In this document: piece by piece, positions 51,148 through 62,821 of the stretch | Layout: each line of letters starts with the position of its first letter | How positions within the stretch are numbered: the stretch's first letter is position 1 | Origin: Azolla caroliniana | Lineage: Eukaryota; Plantae; Polypodiophyta | Direction: 5' to 3' | NCBI GenBank assembly: GCA_043228905.1 | Contig: JBHGNT010000014.1 | Coordinates: 13,392,001 to 13,456,000 of the forward strand | DNA length: 64,000 nt | Program-made: the position numbers and the translations under genes | Notes under the pieces: model-generated | What the model saw: the letters and a program-made list of their open reading frames with translations, nothing else | What the model was told of the DNA's origin: nothing | Databases searched by the model: none

Positions 51148-52218
51148 ATGCACGCACCACACACACAACACACACACACACACCAACATGTTGTGTGCCC
51201 AACCTTATCCTCACACCTCACATTATGTTATTAGAAGGGCTCACAAAATAAATCCTATTTGATAACCGAACTAGAGTACCTACTACCTCATAATCAGAAT
51301 CTTTAGTGGAAAAATAGTTAAAATTCAAGGATATCGAGTTCGATCGAAACATTTTCCCGCTTTTAGGTAAAGGACAAAGACTACGAAATGCCAGAAACTC
51401 CATTGCTTAAGTGAGATAGCTAAGATGTACAGCACCCCTTGAATTGCCCCTTGAATTAGTTGTATATATAATATGGAGGAATATCTTATGATTGGGCAAA
51501 GGCCCACCTCATCCTTGTGCAATTTTTAGAGTGGTCTTGATTTTGAGCACTTGTATTCTTATCAAATATGGGCTTTAGAGTAACTCTTCAAACTAGGCCC
51601 ATCCCCCCCAACCCCAAGAACAACAAACATTTATATAGCCAACAACTTTCGGAACATAAAAAATGATGTGGTTCCTCCAAACGATTAGAACACAAAAATG
51701 TTAGATTGATGTTGTGGGCCTTTGACATTGGAAAAAACGATCGCAAACTTGCGGAGTCCTACCCACGAGAAAGACAAAAATAAATAAAGAAATCTCGTTG
51801 ATTCCGTGCTCCTCATTTTCACGAGTTCTCGGGGATGGTCCCATTTAGATTCCGTGCTTATAAATGACGGGAATTGCCAACAATTTATGCTTATATGTAT
51901 GTATATGTGAGGAAAGAATGAAGATTGGTTTCTTGGGTGTCTTCAAAATTTAGTGGCATATGCTTGATCCCCCAAGTCACTAATGAAAAGATTAGCTTAA
52001 TCGGCTTCTTAATCTCGATCAATTTTGCTCATAATCGGAATGACCGCAAGCTCGATCGATTTTGCTTGTAATGGGAGTCACAATCTTGATCAATGTTGCT
52101 TGTAATGTAGCACTTGTAATTAGCAGAACTCTGAGATTGTAGGGTTATTGTTATTTGTTGGGTTTAAGATTCATTAACCCCTGACTAAGGATAGTTCAGT
52201 ACTTTGGAGAACCAAACT

Positions 52219-54021
52219 ATGCAATTCATGATTCAAACCATCTACCTGTACATGATTATAACACTTAACCTACCATCAATGGAAGCTTCTTCTGTGCTTG
52301 ATATGTCAGAGTATGCTTCTACAACTGGAATTGTGACCATTAGAAATTCGTCGGATTCGAGCTCACCTATACTAATCAGCAGTGATGGATCTTACTCTTG
52401 GCAATTCTACCCTTACCACAATGATGATCACATGAAGGAGCAATACCTCCTTGTGATTCTCAATACCATGGTCAATACCACCACCATAGTATGGATGGCC
52501 AATCGAAACCGCCCAGTTTCGCCCGAAACCGCTCTCGACTATGCCTTACCGTCCCGACAATTCATCCTCCGGGATCGGAAAACTGCCGACGATTCGTCAT
52601 CTATGATATGGTCTTCTCCGGAAGGAGTTTTTAGTGTAGAGATGAATGCGACCGGAAACCTCATCATGCGGGATGCTCGATACTCGACCCTCTGGCAAAG
52701 CTTTGACCATCCGTCGGACGTAATGGTGGCCGGACAAAGCTTGAGAGCGCATCAAACCCTAGTGTCTAGGGTTTCGTCTGAGGATGTATCGGCCGGTAGA
52801 TACACCCTCAAGGTGGAGCCTGGAGGTGTGGTCTTCTATGCTACTTTAGATGAGCAACAAAAGAATGTGCCCTATGAATTGTTCACATATTCGGCCACAT
52901 ATGCATTAGATCGGTATAGTGGCACCGATGCGACAGGGTCGAGCGGAGGAAACCTATCCGAGGCCCTCCATTCATGGTGTAATCAAACATATATTGTGTA
53001 TGAAGCTGATGGGGTTCAGCTCTCCCTCAAACAAGAGGGCTACAACATAACACCTGAGTGCCAATCCGAGGCGGGGGGGTTCACCGTCCACGGGGTCACT
53101 TTCACCACACGGTCGGGCGGGATCTCGGGATTCCGATACCTCAAGCTCATGCCCAATGGCGATGTCCGGACATTCCTGGTGTCCGGATCGGAAGGCCTCG
53201 TGATCCCCCTCAATGAGCCCACCCAGGGTTTCTTTCCCACAAATTGCAAGCTCCCTTCCTATTGTGGCATCAATAGCCTGTGTAGCTCCTACCAAACATG
53301 CTCCTGCCCCGATCTCTTCGAAGCCATCAACGCTTCGGATACGTCCAAGGGTTGCCGCTTGGTATCTGGGCTGTTGGATTGTTCCGGCTCGATAGATCAC
53401 CAGTTCCTCGAGATTCCGAGGGCCAATTACTTCGCAAACTCCTACATCCCCCCGGTCATAGATATGGTATCTCCCGAAGAATGCAAGGATTTGTGCCTTC
53501 TTAATTGCTCCTGCACCGCGGCATTCCACAACAACATTACCGGCGCTTGTTACCTATACAATCAAGTTCACACCATGCAATCTGATACTAACCCTTCCAT
53601 AACTGCATTCCTTAAAGTTCCGCATCCGCCATCATCTAACGACATCTCCCCCGATTTCAAATTCTCCATCATCGTGGCTTGTTTCGTGCTCTTGGTCATC
53701 GGCATTCTTGGACTGTGGGTCGGAAAGAAATTGAATGAATTGCCAGACATGAAGCTCGATCAAAATTATCCAGATTCGGAGGAGGAGGAGTTCCTCGAAA
53801 GCTTGCCCGGTCTTCCTCCAAGATACTCCTACAAAGAGCTTCATTTAGCCACACGAGGTTTTAGCAAGAGGCTCGGGAGGGGGGGCTCGGGTTCGGTCTA
53901 TGAAGGCCACATTACCATATGCCCTTTAGATAACTACAAACGACAATTTATGGTAGAAGCCGGGAGAGATGAACACGACATCGACAAGGTCACGGCCACT
54001 GTTGCCGTGAAGGAGCTCCAG
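52219..54021 (+). CDS. G-type lectin S-domain receptor-like kinase (SD2-like), exon 1: B-lectin, EGF-like, PAN, TM, start of kinase
   Basis: IVWMANRNRPV, GNLIM..LWQSFDHPSD, CKLPSYCG..CSCP, CKDLCLLNCSCTAA, TM FSIIVACFVLLVIGILGLWV, LPPRYSYKEL..LGRGGSGSVY..VAVKELQ|GT. Confidence 0.92.
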
Positions 54022-54339
54022 GTCCCTCCCTTCCTACCTCTCTTTCATTTACAGGATCAAATACCTATGGCATTGTATCGAATTTGCTCTTTATCCAATC
54101 GAGTTCCTTCCTTCTTTGATTGTTATGATACTTGAATCCATCATATTCAGCTTTATTCTTGGGCATCCTAGCATCTAACTTTACTTGCAACATTATTTTC
54201 TTTCCAAAGAGTTATATATACCATTTCCATATGTTTTTATTAGATTGTGGATAGAAAATCCCTTCGTTTCTTCCATGGCCTTTCTAAACTTTGTGTTGAT
54301 TCTATGTGTGTGCTTGTGTTTGAAAAATGAATGGTGCAG

Positions 54340-55350
54340 ATGACAACAGTGGGGAGCTCCAGCATGCCAGCAGTAGGGAAAAAGCTGTTCCGAGCAGAGG
54401 TAGCAGCATTGGGCAACATAAGCCATGTCAATTTGGTTCAGTTGAGGGGTTTTTGTGCTGAAGGAGTGCACAGGCTTCTTGTGTATGAGTACCTAGAGAA
54501 TGGATCATTAGACAAGTGGTTGTTCTGTGATAGCAACGGCCATGGTGACGAAAGTGTCGAGGAGATGAACCATCGTGGTGTCCGAGACATCGATAAATGG
54601 AATGTCCGATACCAAATAGCCATTGACACGGCCCGAGGACTCCAGTTCCTACATGAAGGGTTTCGCGACAAAGTGTTGCACCTGGACGTGAAGCCCCAAA
54701 ACATATTGCTCGATGGGATGTTCAGGGCGAAGTTGTCGGACTTTGGCTTGAGCAAGCTCATCGAGAGGGAACAACGAGGAGGTCATATGCAAACACAGAC
54801 CACGATGAGGGGCACTCCGGGCTACATTGCACCCGAGTGGTTCCTAAATCTACCGGTCACGGAAAAGAGTGATGTATTCGGCTATGGCATGGTGTTGTTG
54901 GAGCTTGTCGGGGGCAAAAAGAACGAGGATTTGTATGTCGACGTCAATGATGGCCTAGTAGAGAGACATAATAATGGAGATTCTAAACAAGTAGGAGGGT
55001 GGTATTTTCCGTCTTGGGTTGTTAAACAAGCTATGTTCAGTAACACGCTTGATATTATCGACAAAAGGTTATTAAACAATGTTAGCCAAGAGTGTGAAGA
55101 AGATGCAATATTGAGCCTTATCCGACTCATCCATGTTGCTTTTTGGTGTATCCAAGAGGACCCTATTTCTCGGCCTTCAATGAGCACTGTAGTCTTGATG
55201 CTTGAAGGGTATGTGCAAGTTCCAGAGCCTCCCCTTCAACTCCCTTACATTCCTCAACAAGTCATACACCCTTCATCAATAATTGTTCCTTCCTCTACTT
55301 CAACTCGAACTTTAACAACGCTATTAACCGGATCAAAACCATGTCACTAA
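54340..55350 (+). CDS. G-type lectin S-domain RLK, exon 2: non-RD Ser/Thr kinase domain
   Basis: TGCAG acceptor, phase 0; HVNLVQLRGFC, HLDVKPQNILL, DFG, GTPGYIAPEW, KSDVFGYG, WCIQEDPISRPSM. Confidence 0.93.
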   Translation: MTTVGSSSMPAVGKKLFRAEVAALGNISHVNLVQLRGFCAEGVHRLLVYEYLENGSLDKWLFCDSNGHGDESVEEMNHRGVRDIDKWNVRYQIAIDTARGLQFLHEGFRDKVLHLDVKPQNILLDGMFRAKLSDFGLSKLIEREQRGGHMQTQTTMRGTPGYIAPEWFLNLPVTEKSDVFGYGMVLLELVGGKKNEDLYVDVNDGLVERHNNGDSKQVGGWYFPSWVVKQAMFSNTLDIIDKRLLNNVSQECEEDAILSLIRLIHVAFWCIQEDPISRPSMSTVVLMLEGYVQVPEPPLQLPYIPQQVIHPSSIIVPSSTSTRTLTTLLTGSKPCH

Positions 55351-55913
55351 GGGAAATTTTGATTCATCCTCATCAACCTAGACAATAATTAATCTACAAG
55401 ACATAAACTATGACATCATTATACAATAATGGCACAAGAGACCATTGTTTTTGGAAACCATGTCAACAATGGATGTTATTAAAGAGAATATATTTTGGCC
55501 ATGTACAATGCTCACAAGGTTCTGCTTTCAGGCTGTATCAATACCAAGAGAAGTTGTTACTTGTTGACACTATGTTGTCAACTTGCGTGATCCAAGTAGT
55601 TGTGGAAAATTTAGTGTGACCAATGACATAGTGTGAACTAACTCTAAAGCACAAATTTTTCATATTTCATAATAATGTGAAAATTTCTTTTGAATGTAAC
55701 CAAATATGAAACCTCCTAGTATCAAAACATGTACCATATTTATAAGGAGCAATGTGAATACCCATAGAATAACAATTGTATGTGGAGACCCCTTGGAAAA
55801 CCCTATGTAAAGACCTTGGATTATGAGGTGAGGAGTAGGGAAGAGAAACAAAAAAGACACCATTCTTATAAGCTAATAATGCAATATGAGAACTTTTTTT
55901 CACTATTTAGTAG

Positions 55914-57281
55914 CATTGTTCTTGTAATTATCCTATCTCGTTTCTACATTAAGTTCTTGGTTTAGATATCCCTTGAGTTTATGCCACAACCTTTATCCTA
56001 ATATTTCCATATATTTTTCACTTAACCAAAATTTACTTCTCAAATTTTGTTTACCTCATCCATTTACTAGTCTAGAACCATGGACATTGTTCTTGTAATT
56101 ATCCTATCTCGTTTCTACATTAAGTTCTTGGTTTAGATATCCCTTGAGTTTATGCCACAACCTTTATCCTAATATTTCCATATATTTTTCACTTAACCAA
56201 AATTTACTTCTCAAATTTTGTTTACCTCATCCATTTACTAGTCTAGAACCATGGACATTGTTCTTGTAATTATCCTATCTCGTTTCTACATTAAGTTCTT
56301 GGTTTAGATATCCCTTGAGTTTATGCCACAACCTTTATCCTAATATTTCCATATATTTTTCACTTAACCAAAATTTACTTCTCAAATTTTGTTTACCTCA
56401 TCCATTTACTAGTCTAGAACCATGGACATTGTTCTTGTAATTATCCTATCTCGTTTCTACATTAAGTTCTTGGTTTAGATATCCCTTGAGTTTATGCCAC
56501 AACCTTTATCCTAATATTTCCATATATTTTTCACTTAACCAAAATTTACTTCTCAAATTTTGTTTACCTCATCCATTTACTAGTCTAGAACCATGGACAT
56601 TGTTCTTGTAATTATCCTATCTCATTTCTACATTAAGTTCTTGGTTTAGATATCCCTTGAGTTTATGCCACAACCTTTATCCTAATATTTCCATATATTT
56701 TTCACTTAACCAAAATTTACTTCTCAAATTTTGTTTACCTCATCCATTTACTAGTCTAGAACCATGGACATTGTTCTTGTAATTATCCTATCTCGTTTCT
56801 ACATTAAGTTCTTGGTTTAGATATCCCTTGAGTTTATGCCACAACCTTTATCCTAATATTTCCATATATTTTTCACTTAACCAAAATTTACTTCTCAAAT
56901 TTTGTTTACCTCATCCATTTACTAGTCTAGAACCATGGACATTGTTCTTGTAATTATCCTATCTCGTTTCTACATTAAGTTCTTGGTTTAGATATCCCTT
57001 GAGTTTATGCCACAACCTTTATCCTAATATTTCCATATATTTTTCACTTAACCAAAATTTACTTCTCAAATTTTGTTTACCTCATCCATTTACTAGTCTA
57101 GAACCATGGACATTGTTCTTGTAATTATCCTATCTCGTTTCTACATTAAGTTCTTGGTTTAGATATCCCTTGAGTTTATGCCACAACCTTTATCCTAATA
57201 TTTCCATATATTTTTCACTTAACCAAAATTTACTTCTCAAATTTTGTTTACCTCATCCATTTACTAGTCTAGAACCATGGA
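55914..57281. repeat. Tandem array, 8 x 171 bp, essentially identical copies
   Basis: Unit starts at 55914, 56085, 56256, 56427, 56598, 56769, 56940, 57111; only one substitution noticed (~56625). Confidence 0.97.
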
Positions 57282-58974
57282 TGTTCCACCTACAGTTGCA
57301 TAGATCCAATGACTATTTGCATGACATTTGGTGAACTTGATGTGAAGAGCCTTGGAAACTAATAAAGACAACGATACCAAAAAGAACTGAGCTCCTAAAC
57401 ACAAAATATCACATGTTTTATGTGACAGTAAACATTGTTTTATGCGAAATTATGTGTTTGAATGGTCTAGCACCCTTTCTTGCTTATTTTCTCCCTAATT
57501 TCCCTTAATGTTAAAGTAGTTTCTTAGAATTCGTATCAGAGCATGGTTAATGTTTCTTGTGTTTGCCTATTTTTTGTTTTTTCTTAACCCTAGACCAACT
57601 AACTACGTACATCTTCTTGATCTAGGGGCATCAACTCCAAAACTTTGGTATCTCTCTTTTTTACTTTGGCTTTTTGCATCATCTTATTTTCTCTCTTGTT
57701 ATGTTTGAGTTTTCATGTCCCTTACATGCGTATGGTGATTGTACTATGTGTAAATATTATATTTTGTGTGGATATTTGTATATATATGTGTGTGTTAATG
57801 TGGTGTTTCCATCCCACGATAAACACAAATAAGGGTGTTTGTGACTTGTGCCATTACCAACAATGTGGTTCCATGCTTAGGGATTCATTTCCATGGCAAC
57901 CGTCTTAACACGAAGGAGAGGATTTTTTATCTTTTTTATTTTATTTTCTATTTTACATATTTCTTGCCCCTCTCATTGTGGTTTATGGTGGGTGTTGGCT
58001 CTTGCAATTCAGCACTAGCAAGTTGTATTAAGCGCAATGTCGTTGATGCTACAAGGTAGTAGATGGTTGCAGTATCACATAAAGACATGTGTTGTGCTAC
58101 TCGAGTGGTGTCGTGTAAACACACGTGCGTGGGCTACTTGAGTGGGACCATTGGGGTCTTCGACCAGGGAGTCGAAAAGATGGAGGAGTCCAAAGGGAGT
58201 AAGTCAAAGACTCGTGCTTGTCGAAAGGTTGAACTGGTCGAAAGATCGAGTTAGTCAAAGGCTCGCGTTAGTCGAAAGATCGAGCTAGTTGAAGGCTCAC
58301 AATAGTCAAAAGATCAAACTAGTCAAAGGCTTGCTCTTGTCGAAGAAACACGTATGTCTAAAGCACATGCTTGTAGAAGACTTGGAGCAATGCTTGCAGA
58401 GCACAGGTTTGTTAGAAACATTGGGTCATTTGAAATAGGTAATATGTCACATTTTAAGAACTCTCCGTAAAAAAGAGAGCACAAAATAGGTCGTGTCACA
58501 AAAAGGGGTGCCACATGTGTAAAGATTTTTAAAAAATGACCCAAAATGATTTATTTTTAGCATGTCCAAAAGTTTAGGGTTTTCCAAAAATGCCTAAATA
58601 ATAGACACACCAAACTTACAAAAGAATGTACGAAATTTACAAAAGGACTACCACCTATATTTATACATATTCGTGAATCGACATTTTGATGTAAAATACA
58701 ATATTTACAATTCATGTATCAAAACAATCACTTCCCAAAGCTATGCCATCATTTTCAGAACCATCCGATAAACTAGAAGAGCTTTGTGAGGTCTCATCCT
58801 CATCATCACTAACAACCAACGCATTGTCTTCATCCAATTGTAATCCAACGTCATCATGATTATGAGACATGATCCTTGTTCGTCTTTGTGTCATGTCGGG
58901 AGCTACGTTTGGGATCTTCTCTTTTTATTATCTTGATTGTGGTCTATTTTAGATGGCATGTTTTGGTCAAGAAG

Positions 58975-60548
58975 TGTAAAAGATTACGTGTGGAAGCGTT
59001 AGATGAAGCACACAAAGTACACAATCGGTTATCCAAAAATATAACAGTTAGGTAACCACAGAGTATAGAAATACACAGTGAGAGAGACAGAGATAGAGCA
59101 AACAACAAAACTTCTATTAGCAAAAATTCTTTGTGTATATATCCAATGTACTCAATGAGCACTATTTATACAAGTCCTCAAAAGGACTGACAGAAGTATT
59201 GACCAATATTTCAATGCTCATAAATGAGCTATTGACATTGACATCTAAAATATTCCTATGAGGAATATTGGTCCTAACGGCATGCCGGCTCCCCGTCGAT
59301 CGGTCTCCATCCGATTCGGCTCCCGGCTTCTTAAGCCGATCCGGGCCTAACCAATCGGTTTCCATCCTATTCGGTTCTCAGCTTCTTCAGCCATTCCGGC
59401 CCAAGTTGAGCTTGCTCTCACAACACTCCCCCTCAAGCTCAACTTAAGGTTCTTCGTAAGCTCCAGCTGGTCCACCGCTCTAGTTGCCCTTGGCTTCACG
59501 CCTCCTAGTTTGTGCTCCTTGACCCGTTTGATCCAATGCTCCTTGACTTGCTCGGTTAGCTTGTCTGCTACTAAGGCATTTGTCAGCCTTCTTCTTGCCT
59601 TTGTGACTTCGACGCCCCTCGATCCGTCGGCTCTTTTGCCTTGGCATCATCTTCGGCTGCCTTCTCGTCTATCTGTCCTTCATGCAATTGGCTCTTCCGA
59701 ATCACTCTCCTAGACAGAATCGGTTGTCTCTGATTTGTCTTCTTGCAAGCCCTTGGCCACATGTGACCACGTCCTGGTCTTAGCCTTCTTGTTTAGGTTA
59801 GATCTGCCCTTCTTTGCTCTACCAACCACCTTTCCTTTTTCATCTCGCTCTCCCCCTTGTTCAATTGGCTCCGACTCATTCTTTTGGTTTCTCCTCCTGC
59901 ATCCATGCTCGACTTCTTCAGTCGATTCGGATGTCCAACCGACTCTTTCAGTCATTCCGAAATCGAATTCCACATCCGATTCCGCTCTTTGGCCTTCATC
60001 TCTCTCCCTCTTGCTTTCATTTCTCTTCCTCAAGTTCGGCATGTTGAGATGTTGCAAGCCAAGCATGCTTGAAAAATGGCGCAACTTGTCCATGCCGAGA
60101 GGTTTGGTGAGGATATCGGTAGCCTGCCGATTCATTGGAACTTACATTAGTTCGATTTCACCGGAGAGGACTCACTCGTAGACAAAACATTAGTGCACCT
60201 CAATGTGCTTTGTCCAAGCGTGAAAAGATGGGGTTCTTGGCTATCTAGATATTGTTGAGGTTGTCAAAGTGTATGATTGTCGGCTCATACACCTCCACAT
60301 GCAGATCCTTCAAAGAGCCTCTTGAGCCATATGAATTCACAAGTCGTGACAACTCCTCCTCGGCCTCAGTACTTGACAGTGCTATTGTCGGTTCTTTCTT
60401 GCTGCTCCATGCGATCGCGGTGCTTCCAAGTGAAAATGCAAACCTTGATGTAGACCTACAATCCCATACATTTCCGTCCTAGTCGGCATGCGTGTAGCTA
60501 ACTAACTATTCAATTACGCTTGCGCGATAGCAACCCTCTATCCTACAT
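58975..60548 (-). mobile_element. 3' end of a Ty1/copia (Copia-5, related to Copia-4): 3' LTR, PPT and RNaseH relic
   Basis: LTR 58975-59425 with ends homologous to the Copia-4 LTR; PPT ctccccct at 59426; QATDILTKPLGMDKL RH tail; cut at 60549 by another LTR. Confidence 0.88.
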
Positions 60549-61094
60549 TGTCGTGAAGATCCGTTACTACATGCAGATCGCGAGGCGGAACCGCCAAGGT
60601 TCTAAACCGGAAGGATTCGAAGTTGCACTAGCTTTAGCGAGAAAGGAATTAAGATAGATTGGAAGAGAGAGAGATTGAGATACAATAGAACACTTGATTT
60701 TAGATTAAGAGAGCTTAAGATTGGACCCTTGACTTTAGGTTTAAGAAACAAGATACACCATCAATTCGAGAATGAATTTCTTCTTCTTAAATTCTTGACT
60801 CATACACAACATACCTTTGATCTTTTTCATCCATCATTTTATAGATGCTCCCATGCATATGATGCATGCGGGTACAAGGCATCCATACATGGAATGCATG
60901 TGATGCATGTTTGCCATTTGGCGCTCATGCATCACATGTCACTCAATCAAGCTCTAATATGAGAATTTACATATAAAATTATAATGATATGAAAAACATT
61001 TCTAAAGAAATGATATAGCCTAGTGGTAAGTCTATAGACTCTCAACATGGAGGTGCAAAGATCAAGTCTTCACTTGCACTCCTTTTGAATTTAC

Positions 61095-61128
<34 letters not shown>

Positions 61129-62683
61129 TATTATTAATGTATTTTTACAAGGCGTTTCTCCGTCCGGTCGTCGTTTCGCCGGCTCCGTCGGTTGCCGTTG
61201 TCGGATGATGTCGGATGTCGGATGCCGGATCCCGATCTCACCGGCTCAATTGGTTGCCGTCGCCGAATCCATCGCTGAATGTCGGATGCCGCTGGTTACC
61301 GTTGGTCGCCGTCGATCGGTCACCGTCGATATATGTTTATTATTAATGTATTTTTACAAGGCGTTTCTCCGTCCAGTCGTCGTTTCGCCGGATGATGCCG
61401 GATGCCGGATGCCGGATCCCGTTGTCGCCGGCTCTGTTGGTCGCCGTCGCCGAATCCATCGTCGAATGCCGGATGTTGCTGGTTACCGTCGGTTGGTCAT
61501 CGTCGCCGGATTCATCCAAAACACGTAGTTATATGCATTTGGCTACATCCATTCGTTAAGTCATACAACTTAACCTTTCTATGCTCCACACATAAACACA
61601 AAGATAGTAGCTTTTGCTCTACTTTATATATGGCGGGATCTTTATTTGTCCTGTCTATGTGGGATAAATATTTTTCTCTTCTTCTTTGCAAACTTAATAC
61701 CCACATAACTTGACACTTAGATGTCTGTTTCCTACGTAGTAAAGTACATTCAAAAGCTCTTCAAGACCTCCATCTTTTTGTACCAAGATATTAAACTTAT
61801 TTAAAATAGTATCTTTACTATTATTGTTTTATATTTCGTGAGAAGAACCACACTTGATTTCGTATGTTCCTTACAAGTTTCACACTATCGCTGAAAATCT
61901 TCACGACATCCATCCCCACCAAACCGCACGTCCTCCGGTACATGCCAAGAAGAGAGAGTGCAAGATTTCAGCGAGGGTGATCAATCAGATTCTTCCACGT
62001 CTTCATTCACATCCGCTCTATTACCTTCATCGTCGAGGTGATCGAGGTCAGGATCCTCGTCTTGTCTTTTCTTGAAAATCTTTACTCTTTTTCCCGCAAT
62101 GGGTATGGCCAGCCTTGATCCATCTAGCTCCACAAGGTGGTATGTTGCATTGTCATTGGCACTTATCACTATATATGGTCCGAACAATCTTCTTGCGAAC
62201 TTCCTTGTTGTACTGTGTTGATTGTCAAGGCTTTTTTCGTAGACCAATACCCAATCTCCTTCTTCGATCTTCTTGGGATGCAGTCGATGCGTCTTATCGA
62301 ACCGAATTTTGTTCTTCACTCGAGCTACCTCCATCATTTTTTGCGCATGTTCTAGATCTTCAGGTCTCCTTTCAAGTTGCCTTATCCGTGCCACTAATAA
62401 TTCTTCTCGGCTCATCTCGTTCTCCTATGGTATCACTACCCATGAGGCGATCGTCCTTTCGATGGGCATCACCGGCTTTTGTCCATACATAAGCTCCGTT
62501 GGCATCTACCCTGTCACCGAGCTGTGTGTTGTTCTGTCGGCCCACAAGTCATAGGGTAATTGTCATGGCCAATTCTCGACTCGACCGTTGCATGCTCGTA
62601 CGATGGCTTTGACGATAGGTCCATGCCCTCGCTCGATCTTCCCATTCGCTTCTGGATTGTAGGCAGTCGTGAGGGAGAGCTTC
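60549..62683 (-). mobile_element. 3' end of a non-chromovirus Ty3/gypsy element: ~1.36-kb 3' LTR, PPT and integrase C-terminus
   Basis: LTR 60549-61908 with 12-bp terminal inverted repeat tgtcgtgaagat/atcttcacgaca; PPT-like tccatccccacc; GDWVLVY..KFARRLFGPY..NATYHLVELDG (61981-62415); AYNPEANGKIERGH near 62650. Confidence 0.8.
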
Positions 62684-62787
62684 TGTCATGAACAATACTG
62701 AGACAGAGAAGGAATTAGTACTACACGAAGGATTAGTACTATGAGAGGTGTGGAACTTCTTCGAGAGAAGGAAGAAGTGAGCGAGAC

Positions 62788-62821
<34 letters not shown>

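Noticed and set aside
54022-54135. Separate truncated ectodomain gene and stand-alone kinase gene
   Set aside because: A GT-AG phase-0 intron (54022-54339) joins them into one canonical RLK
55914-57281. CRISPR array or human alpha-satellite contamination (171-bp period)
   Set aside because: Units are identical head-to-tail with no spacers, there are no cas genes, the context is plant DNA, and the sequence does not resemble alphoid DNA; the length match is coincidental
58170-58350. gtcgaaag/gtcaaagg short repeat cluster as a distinct element
   Set aside because: Probably retroelement-derived, but there are no boundaries or family evidence
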